A program made the translations under genes and the position numbers. This document shows positions 32,386 to 39,539 of a DNA stretch of 64,000 nt, in pieces. Within the stretch, counting starts at the first letter, position 1, and every line of letters starts with the position of its first letter. This stretch comes from Magnetococcales bacterium DCbin2 (lineage in GTDB: Bacteria > Pseudomonadota > Magnetococcia > Magnetococcales > UBA8363): the NCBI GenBank assembly GCA_002753615.1, contig PEAO01000002.1:30261-94260 (forward strand), read 5' to 3'. The notes beneath the pieces are model-generated. The model was not told the origin of the DNA. It saw only the letters and a program-made list of their open reading frames with translations, and did no database searches.

Positions 32386-32578
32386 GAAAATGGACAATAA
32401 ACGTAAATACAAAAAATGCCAAGATTGCGGGGAAGAATACAGAGTATCAGTCCGAGTCACCGGCAAGAGCAATGCCAACAATGACGCGATGATTACCGCG
32501 ATGCGGGCCAAAGGCTACCACCCCGGCGACGATAACGATGCCGATGCCTTGGCCATACTCCATTGGGCCTTGGTCTAG
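32360..32578 (+). pseudogene. RuvC-like Holliday-junction resolvase, C-terminal portion only
   Basis: VRVTGKSNANNDAMITAMRAKGYHPGDDNDADALAILHWAL matches the RuvC C-terminal pattern (v.G.G.A.K.qv..mv...l......D.ADALAia). No convincing N-terminal catalytic half was found upstream in any frame. Confidence 0.35.
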
Positions 32579-32588
32579 GAGGTGACGC

Positions 32589-33032
32589 ATGGAGGTTGAA
32601 TGGACCCTAAAGATGGTGGCCGACCGCATGGAAGAAGCCGCCAGCACCTTGCGCCGCCTGCCGATGGCCGGGGTGAAACCTAGAGAATACGGTAACTCAT
32701 GGCCATCCGTGATCCACGATGCAAAGGAAGCCTACGGATGGAACGATGCGGTGGTGCGTATTGGTCAGCCGTCTGCCGAGGCCATCACCCGCATGGACGA
32801 GGTGATGGAGTGGCTCCGTTGGTTGAACCAAGAACAGGTCAAACTGGTGTGGCTGCGGGCCACAAGAATTCCGTGGAAACTGATCGAAGTCCGCTTCGCC
32901 TACGACCGCTCCACGGCGTGGCGCAAATGGAATATCGCCCTCAACTGCATTGCCTCCCGCCTTAAAAGCAGACACAATCCAATGTTGCAACAAAAAAGAA
33001 CGCGACAACTGCAACAGAATTTGCTATTTTGA
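32589..33032 (+). CDS. Conserved phage protein (DUF6362-like; possible regulator)
   Basis: WTLKMVADRMEEAASTLRRLP...SWPSVIHDAKEAYGW...PSAEAITRMDEVMEWLRWL...VWLRATRIPWKLIEVRF...STAWRKWNIALNCIASRL. I associate this pattern with alphaproteobacterial prophages. Confidence 0.55.
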   Translation: MEVEWTLKMVADRMEEAASTLRRLPMAGVKPREYGNSWPSVIHDAKEAYGWNDAVVRIGQPSAEAITRMDEVMEWLRWLNQEQVKLVWLRATRIPWKLIEVRFAYDRSTAWRKWNIALNCIASRLKSRHNPMLQQKRTRQLQQNLLF

Positions 33033-33096
33033 GAACTATACTGACGGGATCGCACGCACGGCGACCTATCAAGCCATCACCAAACCACACCATCCC

Positions 33097-33130
33097 AACC
33101 CGCCCGGGGCAACCCGAGGTGGGTTTTTTA
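33097..33130 (+). terminator. Intrinsic terminator candidate
   Basis: AACCCGCC (33097-33104) pairs with GGTGGGTT (33118-33125, one G-U pair). TTTTTTATTTTT follows. Confidence 0.5.
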
Positions 33131-33150
33131 TTTTTAAAAGGACATCTCCA

Positions 33151-33468
33151 ATGGAAGGATTCAAAACAACTGATTGGATTCCTGGGATCTTTGTTCCTGG
33201 ATTCTCGGGTCGGGTATTGGCTGTTCAAGATGCATTCAACTTCGGGGTGGCCAGTTATTGTGATGGGCAATGGCTTTTCCCAACACTGAATGGCTATTCA
33301 ACAATGCGGAAAGTGGAATGGTGGCGGTTATTGCCTGAAGCTTTCCCAGATGAGATGTTACGGAATATCAACCCGGACGGAAGTTATCCAATGTTCCACG
33401 ACATGCATGTCGATAAAAATGGCAACGTTCGTACTATCCATCGGCCTGTTCCCGAAAGTAAAAAATAA
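33151..33468 (+). CDS. Hypothetical protein (DUF551-like pattern)
   Basis: AAGGA RBS. Contains W-I-P...GRVLAV...YCDGQW...KVEWWRLLPEAFP. Confidence 0.5.
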   Translation: MEGFKTTDWIPGIFVPGFSGRVLAVQDAFNFGVASYCDGQWLFPTLNGYSTMRKVEWWRLLPEAFPDEMLRNINPDGSYPMFHDMHVDKNGNVRTIHRPVPESKK

Positions 33469-33766
33469 GCCCTGACAACCCATGTCCGGCAAATCCGATC
33501 AGATCATGATCATTCAATTCAAATTCAATACCAACAATTTGACCGCAGGACGCACGAATTCTTTCGCAGTTCTCCCAAATGTTTGCTTCAGGAAGGCCCA
33601 TTTCCTTACCAATCTCCTGCAACTCTGTCAGCAATAGGCAAATTGTGCCGTATGAATTAAGCCCTGCATCTTCAGGTAGTTTTTTAATATCATAAACCAG
33701 CTTTTCCAATGCGTTAATCCGTAGGGAAGCTCGTTTCAGATTAACTTTATTGACTGCATTGTTCAT
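33434..33766 (-). CDS. Reverse-oriented hypothetical protein (110 aa)
   Basis: ATG 33766 with an AAGGA RBS. The gene looks AT-rich and is convergent with the upstream gene. No family recognised. Confidence 0.5.
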   Translation of the reverse strand: MNNAVNKVNLKRASLRINALEKLVYDIKKLPEDAGLNSYGTICLLLTELQEIGKEMGLPEANIWENCERIRASCGQIVGIEFELNDHDLIGFAGHGLSGLIFYFREQADG

Positions 33767-33839
33767 AACGATCCTTTCTTGAAAGAAATGATTGAAAAGC
33801 AGCAAGCCAAAATACGGGTGACCGACTTTTTCATTGAAT

Positions 33840-34394
33840 ATGTGCCGGACGCCTATGTCAACATACCACATGATCAACCCAACGCCCGCCTCGGATCTTC
33901 CTGATGCGGGCTTTTCTTTCTGGAGACCGCCATTGGGACTCGACCCGGTTCAACTCCGCAAACACATTATTCGTCCAACCCTCCAACGCATTGAACTCTG
34001 GAGCGAGGCTGCCGAGGAACTGGTATTGGGTACTGCTATCCAGGAATCCGGTCTGCGTTACGTCCACCAGATCGGTTCCGGCCCGGCTTGCGGCCTATGG
34101 CAGATGGAACCAGCCACCCATAACGATATTTGGGGAAATTACCTGCAATCCCGGCCCAAGGTCGGCTTGAGCATTCTTGGACCATATTCCAAACCTGACC
34201 ATTCCAGGCTGATGTGGGATCTGGGCTATGCCTGCTCCATGTGCCGCGTCCACTACCTGCGCTCCCCGCAAGGACTCCCGAACGCTGGTGATATTGCTGG
34301 CCAAGCTGGGTACTGGAAGAAATGGTACAACACTCCGCTTGGGAAAGGCACCGTTGAACAATACATGTCGAACTGGAAGCGGATGATCGGTTAA
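33840..34394 (+). CDS. Lytic transglycosylase-like (SLT-type) endolysin
   Basis: LGTAIQESGLRYVHQIGSGPACGLWQMEPATHNDIW carries the catalytic E-S and GLxQ motifs of the SLT fold. The start is uncertain (33834 TTG; 33840, 33855 or 33870 ATG). Confidence 0.7.
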   Translation: MCRTPMSTYHMINPTPASDLPDAGFSFWRPPLGLDPVQLRKHIIRPTLQRIELWSEAAEELVLGTAIQESGLRYVHQIGSGPACGLWQMEPATHNDIWGNYLQSRPKVGLSILGPYSKPDHSRLMWDLGYACSMCRVHYLRSPQGLPNAGDIAGQAGYWKKWYNTPLGKGTVEQYMSNWKRMIG

Positions 34395-34428
34395 ACACCC
34401 CGTCATTACAAAACGATACAGGTGAAGT

Positions 34429-34608
34429 ATGTCTCTTCTTGCCAATGTTATTCGCAGGACTAAGGAACCCAGCACATGGGGAGGAATTGCCCTTCTTTTG
34501 GCATTGTTCGGTCTTTCCCAAGAACAAGCCAAGGCGGTCACTGATCTCTTGGCTGCTGCCGCTGCCCTTGCGTCCATCTTTATGCCGGAAAACGGCAAGC
34601 CAACGTAA
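34429..34608 (+). CDS. Holin-like small membrane protein (59 aa, below the track cutoff)
   Basis: MSLLANVIRRTKEPSTWGGIALLLALFGLSQEQAKAVTDLLAAAAALASIFMPENGKPT. It lies immediately after the lysin. The overlapping track ORF 34439..34723 looks spurious. Confidence 0.55.
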   Translation: MSLLANVIRRTKEPSTWGGIALLLALFGLSQEQAKAVTDLLAAAAALASIFMPENGKPT

Positions 34609-34623
34609 GTCACGTATACCGAC

Positions 34624-34977
34624 ATGGATATCGTATCGACACTGGCTGCAATCACCAACGGTGGACCACAGGCGGTCTTTTTGGTTCTCGCAGGGGCCAT
34701 ATGGTGGATTCATCATTCAATAACTGTGATAAGTCGGAATGTCGATAGGATTGAAAAAGAGTTCAAGGATTTCCAAATATTACATGCGAACGAAAGGGTA
34801 CGCAGGGAAGACCTGGATGAATTGAAAGAGTTGTTGCGCGAGCATAATGCAACGACTAACTCAATTATGGAACGATTAATGGAACGTGTTGATGCGCAAG
34901 CTTCGCGGTGTGGACATGATTGTATCGCTGGGTTTGGATTGTCACGGGAATTACAACGGACGGGGAAAGGTCGGTAA
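34624..34977 (+). CDS. N-terminal TM + coiled-coil protein (spanin/holin-associated candidate)
   Basis: A TM segment (AVFLVLAGAIWWIHHSI) is followed by a charged coiled-coil. It sits in the lysis-cassette position. Confidence 0.5.
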   Translation: MDIVSTLAAITNGGPQAVFLVLAGAIWWIHHSITVISRNVDRIEKEFKDFQILHANERVRREDLDELKELLREHNATTNSIMERLMERVDAQASRCGHDCIAGFGLSRELQRTGKGR

Positions 34978-35020
34978 CTCTATCTGCGGCCATTGCCACT
35001 ATGCCAACAGGAGAAAATGT

Positions 35021-35131
35021 ATGCACATCGATCCAGAAGCGGTCTTTGTAAGCATTATCGTTCTGGTAGCAACCGTCGTTTTTATTGGCCTTCTGGCAGG
35101 CTGGGTCAAATCTGGAAGGGGTTGCTGTTGA
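35021..35131 (+). CDS. Very small membrane protein (36 aa)
   Basis: AGGAGA lies 8 nt upstream of the ATG. The product is MHIDPEAVFVSIIVLVATVVFIGLLAGWVKSGRGCC. Confidence 0.3.
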   Translation: MHIDPEAVFVSIIVLVATVVFIGLLAGWVKSGRGCC

Positions 35132-35823
35132 CAGCCGGGTTCTCCGAATCGGAGGTCAACCGTCTGTTCGCCAATCTGGAAAAGCAGGTTCGGTTTGCCG
35201 CCGCTCAGGCCCTGACCAAGACAGCCCAGGACGCCCAAGCAGAAGTACGGCGACAATTGCCAGAACGCTTCACGACCCGCACCGGCTGGTTGGCCAAAGG
35301 CATCCGGGTTCGTGCTGCCAACAAAACCGACTTGACGGCAACGGTGTCGGTGCTGGACCAGTTCATGGTTTTACAGGAAACCGGCGGGATCAAAGAGAAA
35401 CAAAACCACGCCATGAGTGTCCCCGTTGGTGCGAGGTCATACCCGAAAGAAACCCTTCCCCGTTCCAAGTGGCCCTCTTCCCTGTTGCAAAAGAAGGGAT
35501 ATTTCATTGCACCGATCACGGGCAAATCGCTCACAGCGAGGTCGCAGGTCAAGGGCAATTATCGAAGGCGGATTCATAACAAACCAAACGTTGTTTATCA
35601 TAAAGATTCTGCCCGCATAAAGAGTTCTGATGTTGGAAACATGGCACTCTGGCATCGGCGTGGTCGGAGGCGGTTGCCTATCGATTTAGTCTATGTGTTC
35701 AAGGACAAAGTGTCCGTCGATCCTCGGTTTGATTTTCGGAAGACGGTAATGCAAGTGGCAAGGGAACGGTTTTCCAATCGATTTGTCGAGGCTTTGAAAA
35801 AGGCACTGGCAACGGCGAGGTAA
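35122..35823 (+). CDS. Conserved phage protein of unknown function
   Basis: Track ORF 34993..35823. The first ~40 residues look like junk. The likely TTG start at 35122 follows GGAAGGGG. FAAAQALTKTAQDAQAEVRRQLPERFTTRTGW resembles HK97 gp10-like proteins. Confidence 0.5.
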   Translation: MLLTAGFSESEVNRLFANLEKQVRFAAAQALTKTAQDAQAEVRRQLPERFTTRTGWLAKGIRVRAANKTDLTATVSVLDQFMVLQETGGIKEKQNHAMSVPVGARSYPKETLPRSKWPSSLLQKKGYFIAPITGKSLTARSQVKGNYRRRIHNKPNVVYHKDSARIKSSDVGNMALWHRRGRRRLPIDLVYVFKDKVSVDPRFDFRKTVMQVARERFSNRFVEALKKALATAR

Positions 35824-35885
35824 ACCAACATGGATTCAAATGAAGCAGAGACCGCCCCGTTGCAGAGGCGGTCGTTGGTGGTTGG

Positions 35886-36539
35886 TTATTGAGCGAAGTA
35901 GGTGGTGAACGAGCCGGGTGAACCCTGTTGGTTTGGGCCAACCATTCTCAACCTTTGGGTGGTTATCACCAATCCCATTTTGCTTTTGGCGATGGAGAGA
36001 AACCCGCGAATCGTGTGTCCCTGCCACCCCGTCATTTCAGCGATTTGGGCGGCGGTTGCTCCTTCGGGTCGCTTCATCATCTCGATGACCTTCGCCTTCT
36101 TGGTGTCGTCCCTGACCTTCTTTGGCTTGGTAAAGGACTGTTCTGCGGCTTTGACTTCATCTTCAAAGTCGATGGTAGCGTTGGGAACCTCGTCAGTTTC
36201 CATTGCCGTGGTCGTTTGCGGCTCGTTGGCCTGACCCGGCCAGTCCCAGACCATCCCCTGTTGGGATGCAAATGCCTCTGCATCTTCTTTGGCAATTTGT
36301 GATGATTCGACGCGAGTCATGTGTTGGCCTCGTGCAGACTTGAAGTCAGGGTCAATCACCATCAAGACGTGCATCGCTATCTTGTCCTCGTTGTCAATCA
36401 GTCCCTTGGCTCGGAGGGATGCAAGAACCTTGTTGATTGCTCCGCCCTTGATGTGGGGTGGCATCGGGTAGATAGACCCATCTTCGCGGGTGGTTGCTGC
36501 TACGATGATGGTCTCTTGGGTCTTGGTCAGGTCGTTCAT
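35886..36539 (-). CDS. DUF3489-domain protein (winged-helix-like), reverse-oriented
   Basis: The C-terminus KAKVIEMMKRPEGATAAQIAEMTGWQGHTIRGFLSIAKSKMGLVI is the DUF3489 signature. GGGAG RBS before ATG 36539. Confidence 0.75.
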   Translation of the reverse strand: MNDLTKTQETIIVAATTREDGSIYPMPPHIKGGAINKVLASLRAKGLIDNEDKIAMHVLMVIDPDFKSARGQHMTRVESSQIAKEDAEAFASQQGMVWDWPGQANEPQTTTAMETDEVPNATIDFEDEVKAAEQSFTKPKKVRDDTKKAKVIEMMKRPEGATAAQIAEMTGWQGHTIRGFLSIAKSKMGLVITTQRLRMVGPNQQGSPGSFTTYFAQ

Positions 36540-36679
36540 GGTTTGCGCTCCCGTTGGTGTTTGTTTCTGATGGCCCCATGAAGCCATCATTAGAGCCTCA
36601 CCATCAAGTGTAAAATGAGAATAACTTCATTGTTTTTAAAGATTTATAATTGGGTTCGCACTCGTTTATGGACGGGTTC

Positions 36680-36726
36680 TTGCGATGCATTGCGACGGCT
36701 TTGCGTCTGTCATGACGTGATTGCGT
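36680..36726. promoter_or_regulatory. Four helically phased TTGCG(A/T) repeats
   Basis: TTGCGA occurs at 36680 and 36690, and TTGCGT at 36701 and 36721 (spacings 10/11/20). They lie in the 440-bp gap between the divergent DUF3489 and ParB-methylase genes. Confidence 0.4.
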
Positions 36727-36905
36727 TTCTTCAACAGACGAGATACGGGCGCGGGTAACATCTCTGGCGAGTAAGGCGCATATCCCTCGGCAGGACGCAA
36801 CTCGGTGCGACAGGTTGCCAAGGGTTGGCTTTCTGGTTCCTTCCTGGGCATGGGAGGGGTGGGTACCGCGAGGCCCCGGCATTTGGCTAGGGAGTGGCAC
36901 GTTAA

Positions 36906-36992
36906 CTTACTTGACAAATCGATTGGTTAGGAAAGTTGGAACCAACATAATGGACCGAAATACAATAAGAATTTTTCACAGCTTACTTGACA
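36906..36992 (+). promoter_or_regulatory. Two copies of the 11-bp motif CTTACTTGACA upstream of the ParB-methylase gene
   Basis: The copies are at 36906-36916 and 36982-36992 (76 bp apart). TACAAT occurs at 36961 and 37001, but the spacing does not fit sigma70. Confidence 0.4.
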
Positions 36993-37032
36993 GTTCACTT
37001 TACAATTTTTCCGTCCTTCCCTGGAGTACCAA

Positions 37033-38421
37033 ATGAGTTTGCAGATTGAGGACTGGCCATTGGACCGGTTGATTCCATATGCCAAAAATCCAAGACGCAA
37101 CGATGAAGTGGTGGACCGCATGGTGGGTGCCATCCGGGAGTTCGGCTTCCGCATCCCCATCGTCGCCAAGAGCGATGGACTGGTTGTGGACGGTCACCTG
37201 CGTCTCAAGGCCGCCCGGCGGTTGAATCTGGAAACGGTGCCGGTGGTCCTGGCCGACGACCTCACCGAAGCCCAAGTCAATGCGTTTCGACTGCTGGCCA
37301 ATCAGTCCGCCAATTGGGCCGAGTGGGACGAAGAATTGTTGAAAAACTTACTGGGTGAATTGCGTGACCTCGATTTCGACATGGAGATGACCGGTTTCGA
37401 TATGGAGGAGATTGACCGTTTGTTGTTGGACATGGGAAACGGGACCGAGGGCAATGCTGGTGAAGGTGGCCCCACGGAGGAAGAATCCATCCCTGAACCG
37501 CCAGCCAAGCCAGTCACCCGCACCGGTGATCTCTGGTGCCTGGGCGATCACCGGTTGCTTTGCGGTAGCAGCATCGTCGCAGATGACGTGATCCGGCTGA
37601 TGAAAGGCGAACGGGCGGTACTTTTTGCGACCGATCCGCCATATCTTGTGGATTACGACGGCACCAACCACCCGCCCACCAAGACGATCAATGAGAGGCA
37701 GGAAAAAGCAAAGCTGGCCGCTGAGGGAAAGGTGAAGAAAGGATGGTTGGATGGCAACAAGGACTGGTCTGGCACCTACGGAGTAACATGGGATGACGCC
37801 AACCAGGGACCGGAACTCTACGAGGGGTTCATCAAGAACGCCATTGACCACGCCATTGGCACCCATGCGGCATGGTACTGTTGGCACGCATCCAAACGGC
37901 AAGCAATGTTGGAGGCGGTGTGGGAAAAGTTTGGGGCATTTGTCCACCAGCAGATTATCTGGAACAAGAACTCCCCCGTTCTGACACGGACGCACTATCT
38001 CTGGAAGCACGAACCCTGTTTCTACGGTTGGATTCGTGGCAACAGGCCTGAAAAGATCGAAGGTGCAGAACCAGTTTATTCGGTGTGGGACATCAAGGGA
38101 CTCACCGGGGATGCACGCCCTGACCATCCGACGCCGAAGCCTCTGGATTGTTTCGCCATTCCTATGCGCCAGCATGTGGAACTTGGTGGGCTGTGCTACG
38201 AACCGTTTTCTGGGTCAGGATCGCAGATTATGGCAGGGGAAACGACGGGCCGGAAAGTTTACGCCATGGAGATCAGCCCGGTCTATGTGGATGTGGCGGT
38301 AAAGCGGTTCATCCATGCCACCGGCAAGATCGTCTACCTGGACGGCTCCGGTGGGAAAACGTTTGAGGATGTGGCGGCGGAACGTGGAGTGGGTCTGGCA
38401 GACTCGGGGAACACAGATTGA
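37033..38421 (+). CDS. ParB-like nuclease domain fused to an N6/N4 DNA methyltransferase
   Basis: The N-terminus LIPYAKNPRRNDEVVDRMVGAIREFGFRIPIV...DGHLRLKAARRL is ParB-N-like. The methylase part carries CGSS...LFATDPPY and a C-terminal YEPFSGSGS SAM-binding motif. Confidence 0.9.
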   Translation: MSLQIEDWPLDRLIPYAKNPRRNDEVVDRMVGAIREFGFRIPIVAKSDGLVVDGHLRLKAARRLNLETVPVVLADDLTEAQVNAFRLLANQSANWAEWDEELLKNLLGELRDLDFDMEMTGFDMEEIDRLLLDMGNGTEGNAGEGGPTEEESIPEPPAKPVTRTGDLWCLGDHRLLCGSSIVADDVIRLMKGERAVLFATDPPYLVDYDGTNHPPTKTINERQEKAKLAAEGKVKKGWLDGNKDWSGTYGVTWDDANQGPELYEGFIKNAIDHAIGTHAAWYCWHASKRQAMLEAVWEKFGAFVHQQIIWNKNSPVLTRTHYLWKHEPCFYGWIRGNRPEKIEGAEPVYSVWDIKGLTGDARPDHPTPKPLDCFAIPMRQHVELGGLCYEPFSGSGSQIMAGETTGRKVYAMEISPVYVDVAVKRFIHATGKIVYLDGSGGKTFEDVAAERGVGLADSGNTD

Positions 38422-38471
38422 CAGGATTTCGTTTATTAATGGGGGCCACACTTCTCTCCAGGAATACCACC

Positions 38472-38747
38472 ATGACTTTGAATGAACTGAAAGAAAATGT
38501 CGCTGAATCCACCGGTATGAGTAAAACCGATACCGAAAAGGTATTGAGGGCTGGATTCGCAGCGATCACCAATGCATTAAAAAGTGGTGATGATGTGAAT
38601 GTTCCGGGTTTCGGATCATTCTCCACCAGGGAACGTGCCTCCCGGATGGGCCACAATCCACGCACCGGGGAGAAGATCCAAATCCCGGCGTCCCGGTTGG
38701 TAAAATTTAAGGCTGGCAAAAGGTTGAAGGATGCTATTAACGGGTAA
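38472..38747 (+). CDS. HU/IHF-family DNA-bending protein
   Basis: MTLNELKENVAESTGMSKTDTEKVL...VNVPGFGSFSTRERASRMGHNPRTGEKIQIPASRLVKFKAGKRLKD. Confidence 0.9.
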   Translation: MTLNELKENVAESTGMSKTDTEKVLRAGFAAITNALKSGDDVNVPGFGSFSTRERASRMGHNPRTGEKIQIPASRLVKFKAGKRLKDAING

Positions 38748-38966
38748 TCCCGTCCAACCGAGAGACCTGGTTCAATGCCGGGTCGCCTCTGGTGAATCCA
38801 ACCATGTGGTTGAATAGGCCCAACCGGGAGAGAATCAGCGGCTACAAGGGTCCGTTGGGTCTGTGTGAGTTTGCTCATTTGATTTCTCCGAAATTTTCTC
38901 ATCTTATCGGCATGCATCCGGGCGTCAGGATGATGTGGGCCGACACACTTTACCGGAATCGATATC

Positions 38967-39539
38967 ATGCTTGTCAGGCAGTCAGAATGGGCGCGACGGC
39001 AAGGATTCTCTCGTCAGTACGTTAGTGAACTGATCAAAAAAGGCGTCATCAAACTGGTTGACGGAAGAATTGATGAAGCACAGGCAAAAAGAGGGTTGGA
39101 CTCGATTCGAGACCCGGCCAGGGGGCCGAAGAGAAAATTAACACCCACACAGCCAGTTCCACCAGTTTCACCAAGTCCACCAGTTCCACCAGCATCAACG
39201 ATGTCTTTGGACATTCCAAGCGCACCACCTGGAGATTTGCCAACCAAGCTTCTTATTGCCCGAATCCGCACTGAGGTCAAAAAGGGCGGATTGCTGGACA
39301 TAAAAGAAAAAAAAGAACTTGAGACGCTCCTGGATGCACAGGAGGTCCGCAAAGAGGCTTTGGCACGAGGGCGAGAATTCCGCGCATTGTTGGAAAACTG
39401 GGCATCTGGCGTGTATCGCGCAATGGCGGCTGAATTGGAAGTTGACGAACGAAAAATGCGCATTGTTTTGGAACGGTTTGTCCGCGAGTTGCTGACCGAG
39501 ATTGCCGGAAGCCAATCATCAGAGGATGGTGATGGATAA
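38967..39539 (+). CDS. Terminase small subunit (HTH N-terminus)
   Basis: SEWARRQGFSRQYVSELIKKGVIKL forms an HTH. A Pro-rich linker follows. The gene overlaps the terminase large-subunit start (ATGGATAA). Confidence 0.65.
   Translation: MLVRQSEWARRQGFSRQYVSELIKKGVIKLVDGRIDEAQAKRGLDSIRDPARGPKRKLTPTQPVPPVSPSPPVPPASTMSLDIPSAPPGDLPTKLLIARIRTEVKKGGLLDIKEKKELETLLDAQEVRKEALARGREFRALLENWASGVYRAMAAELEVDERKMRIVLERFVRELLTEIAGSQSSEDGDG

Noticed and set aside
34036-34716. Minus-strand ORFs of 226 and 201 aa, and + ORF 34439..34723
   Set aside because: They overlap the lysin gene and the better-supported 59-aa holin-like ORF (34429-34608). No motifs were seen.
36987-37006. TTGACA ... TACAAT as a sigma70 promoter for the ParB-methylase gene
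   Set aside because: The hexamers are only 8 nt apart, far from the 16-18 nt needed.
37348-38175. 275-aa minus-strand ORF
   Set aside because: It is antisense to the clearly recognisable ParB-methyltransferase gene.
38748-38966. Assigning a cos cleavage site upstream of the small terminase gene
   Set aside because: The location is plausible for a GpA-type terminase, but I could not identify a convincing symmetric nick site or R-site repeats by eye.
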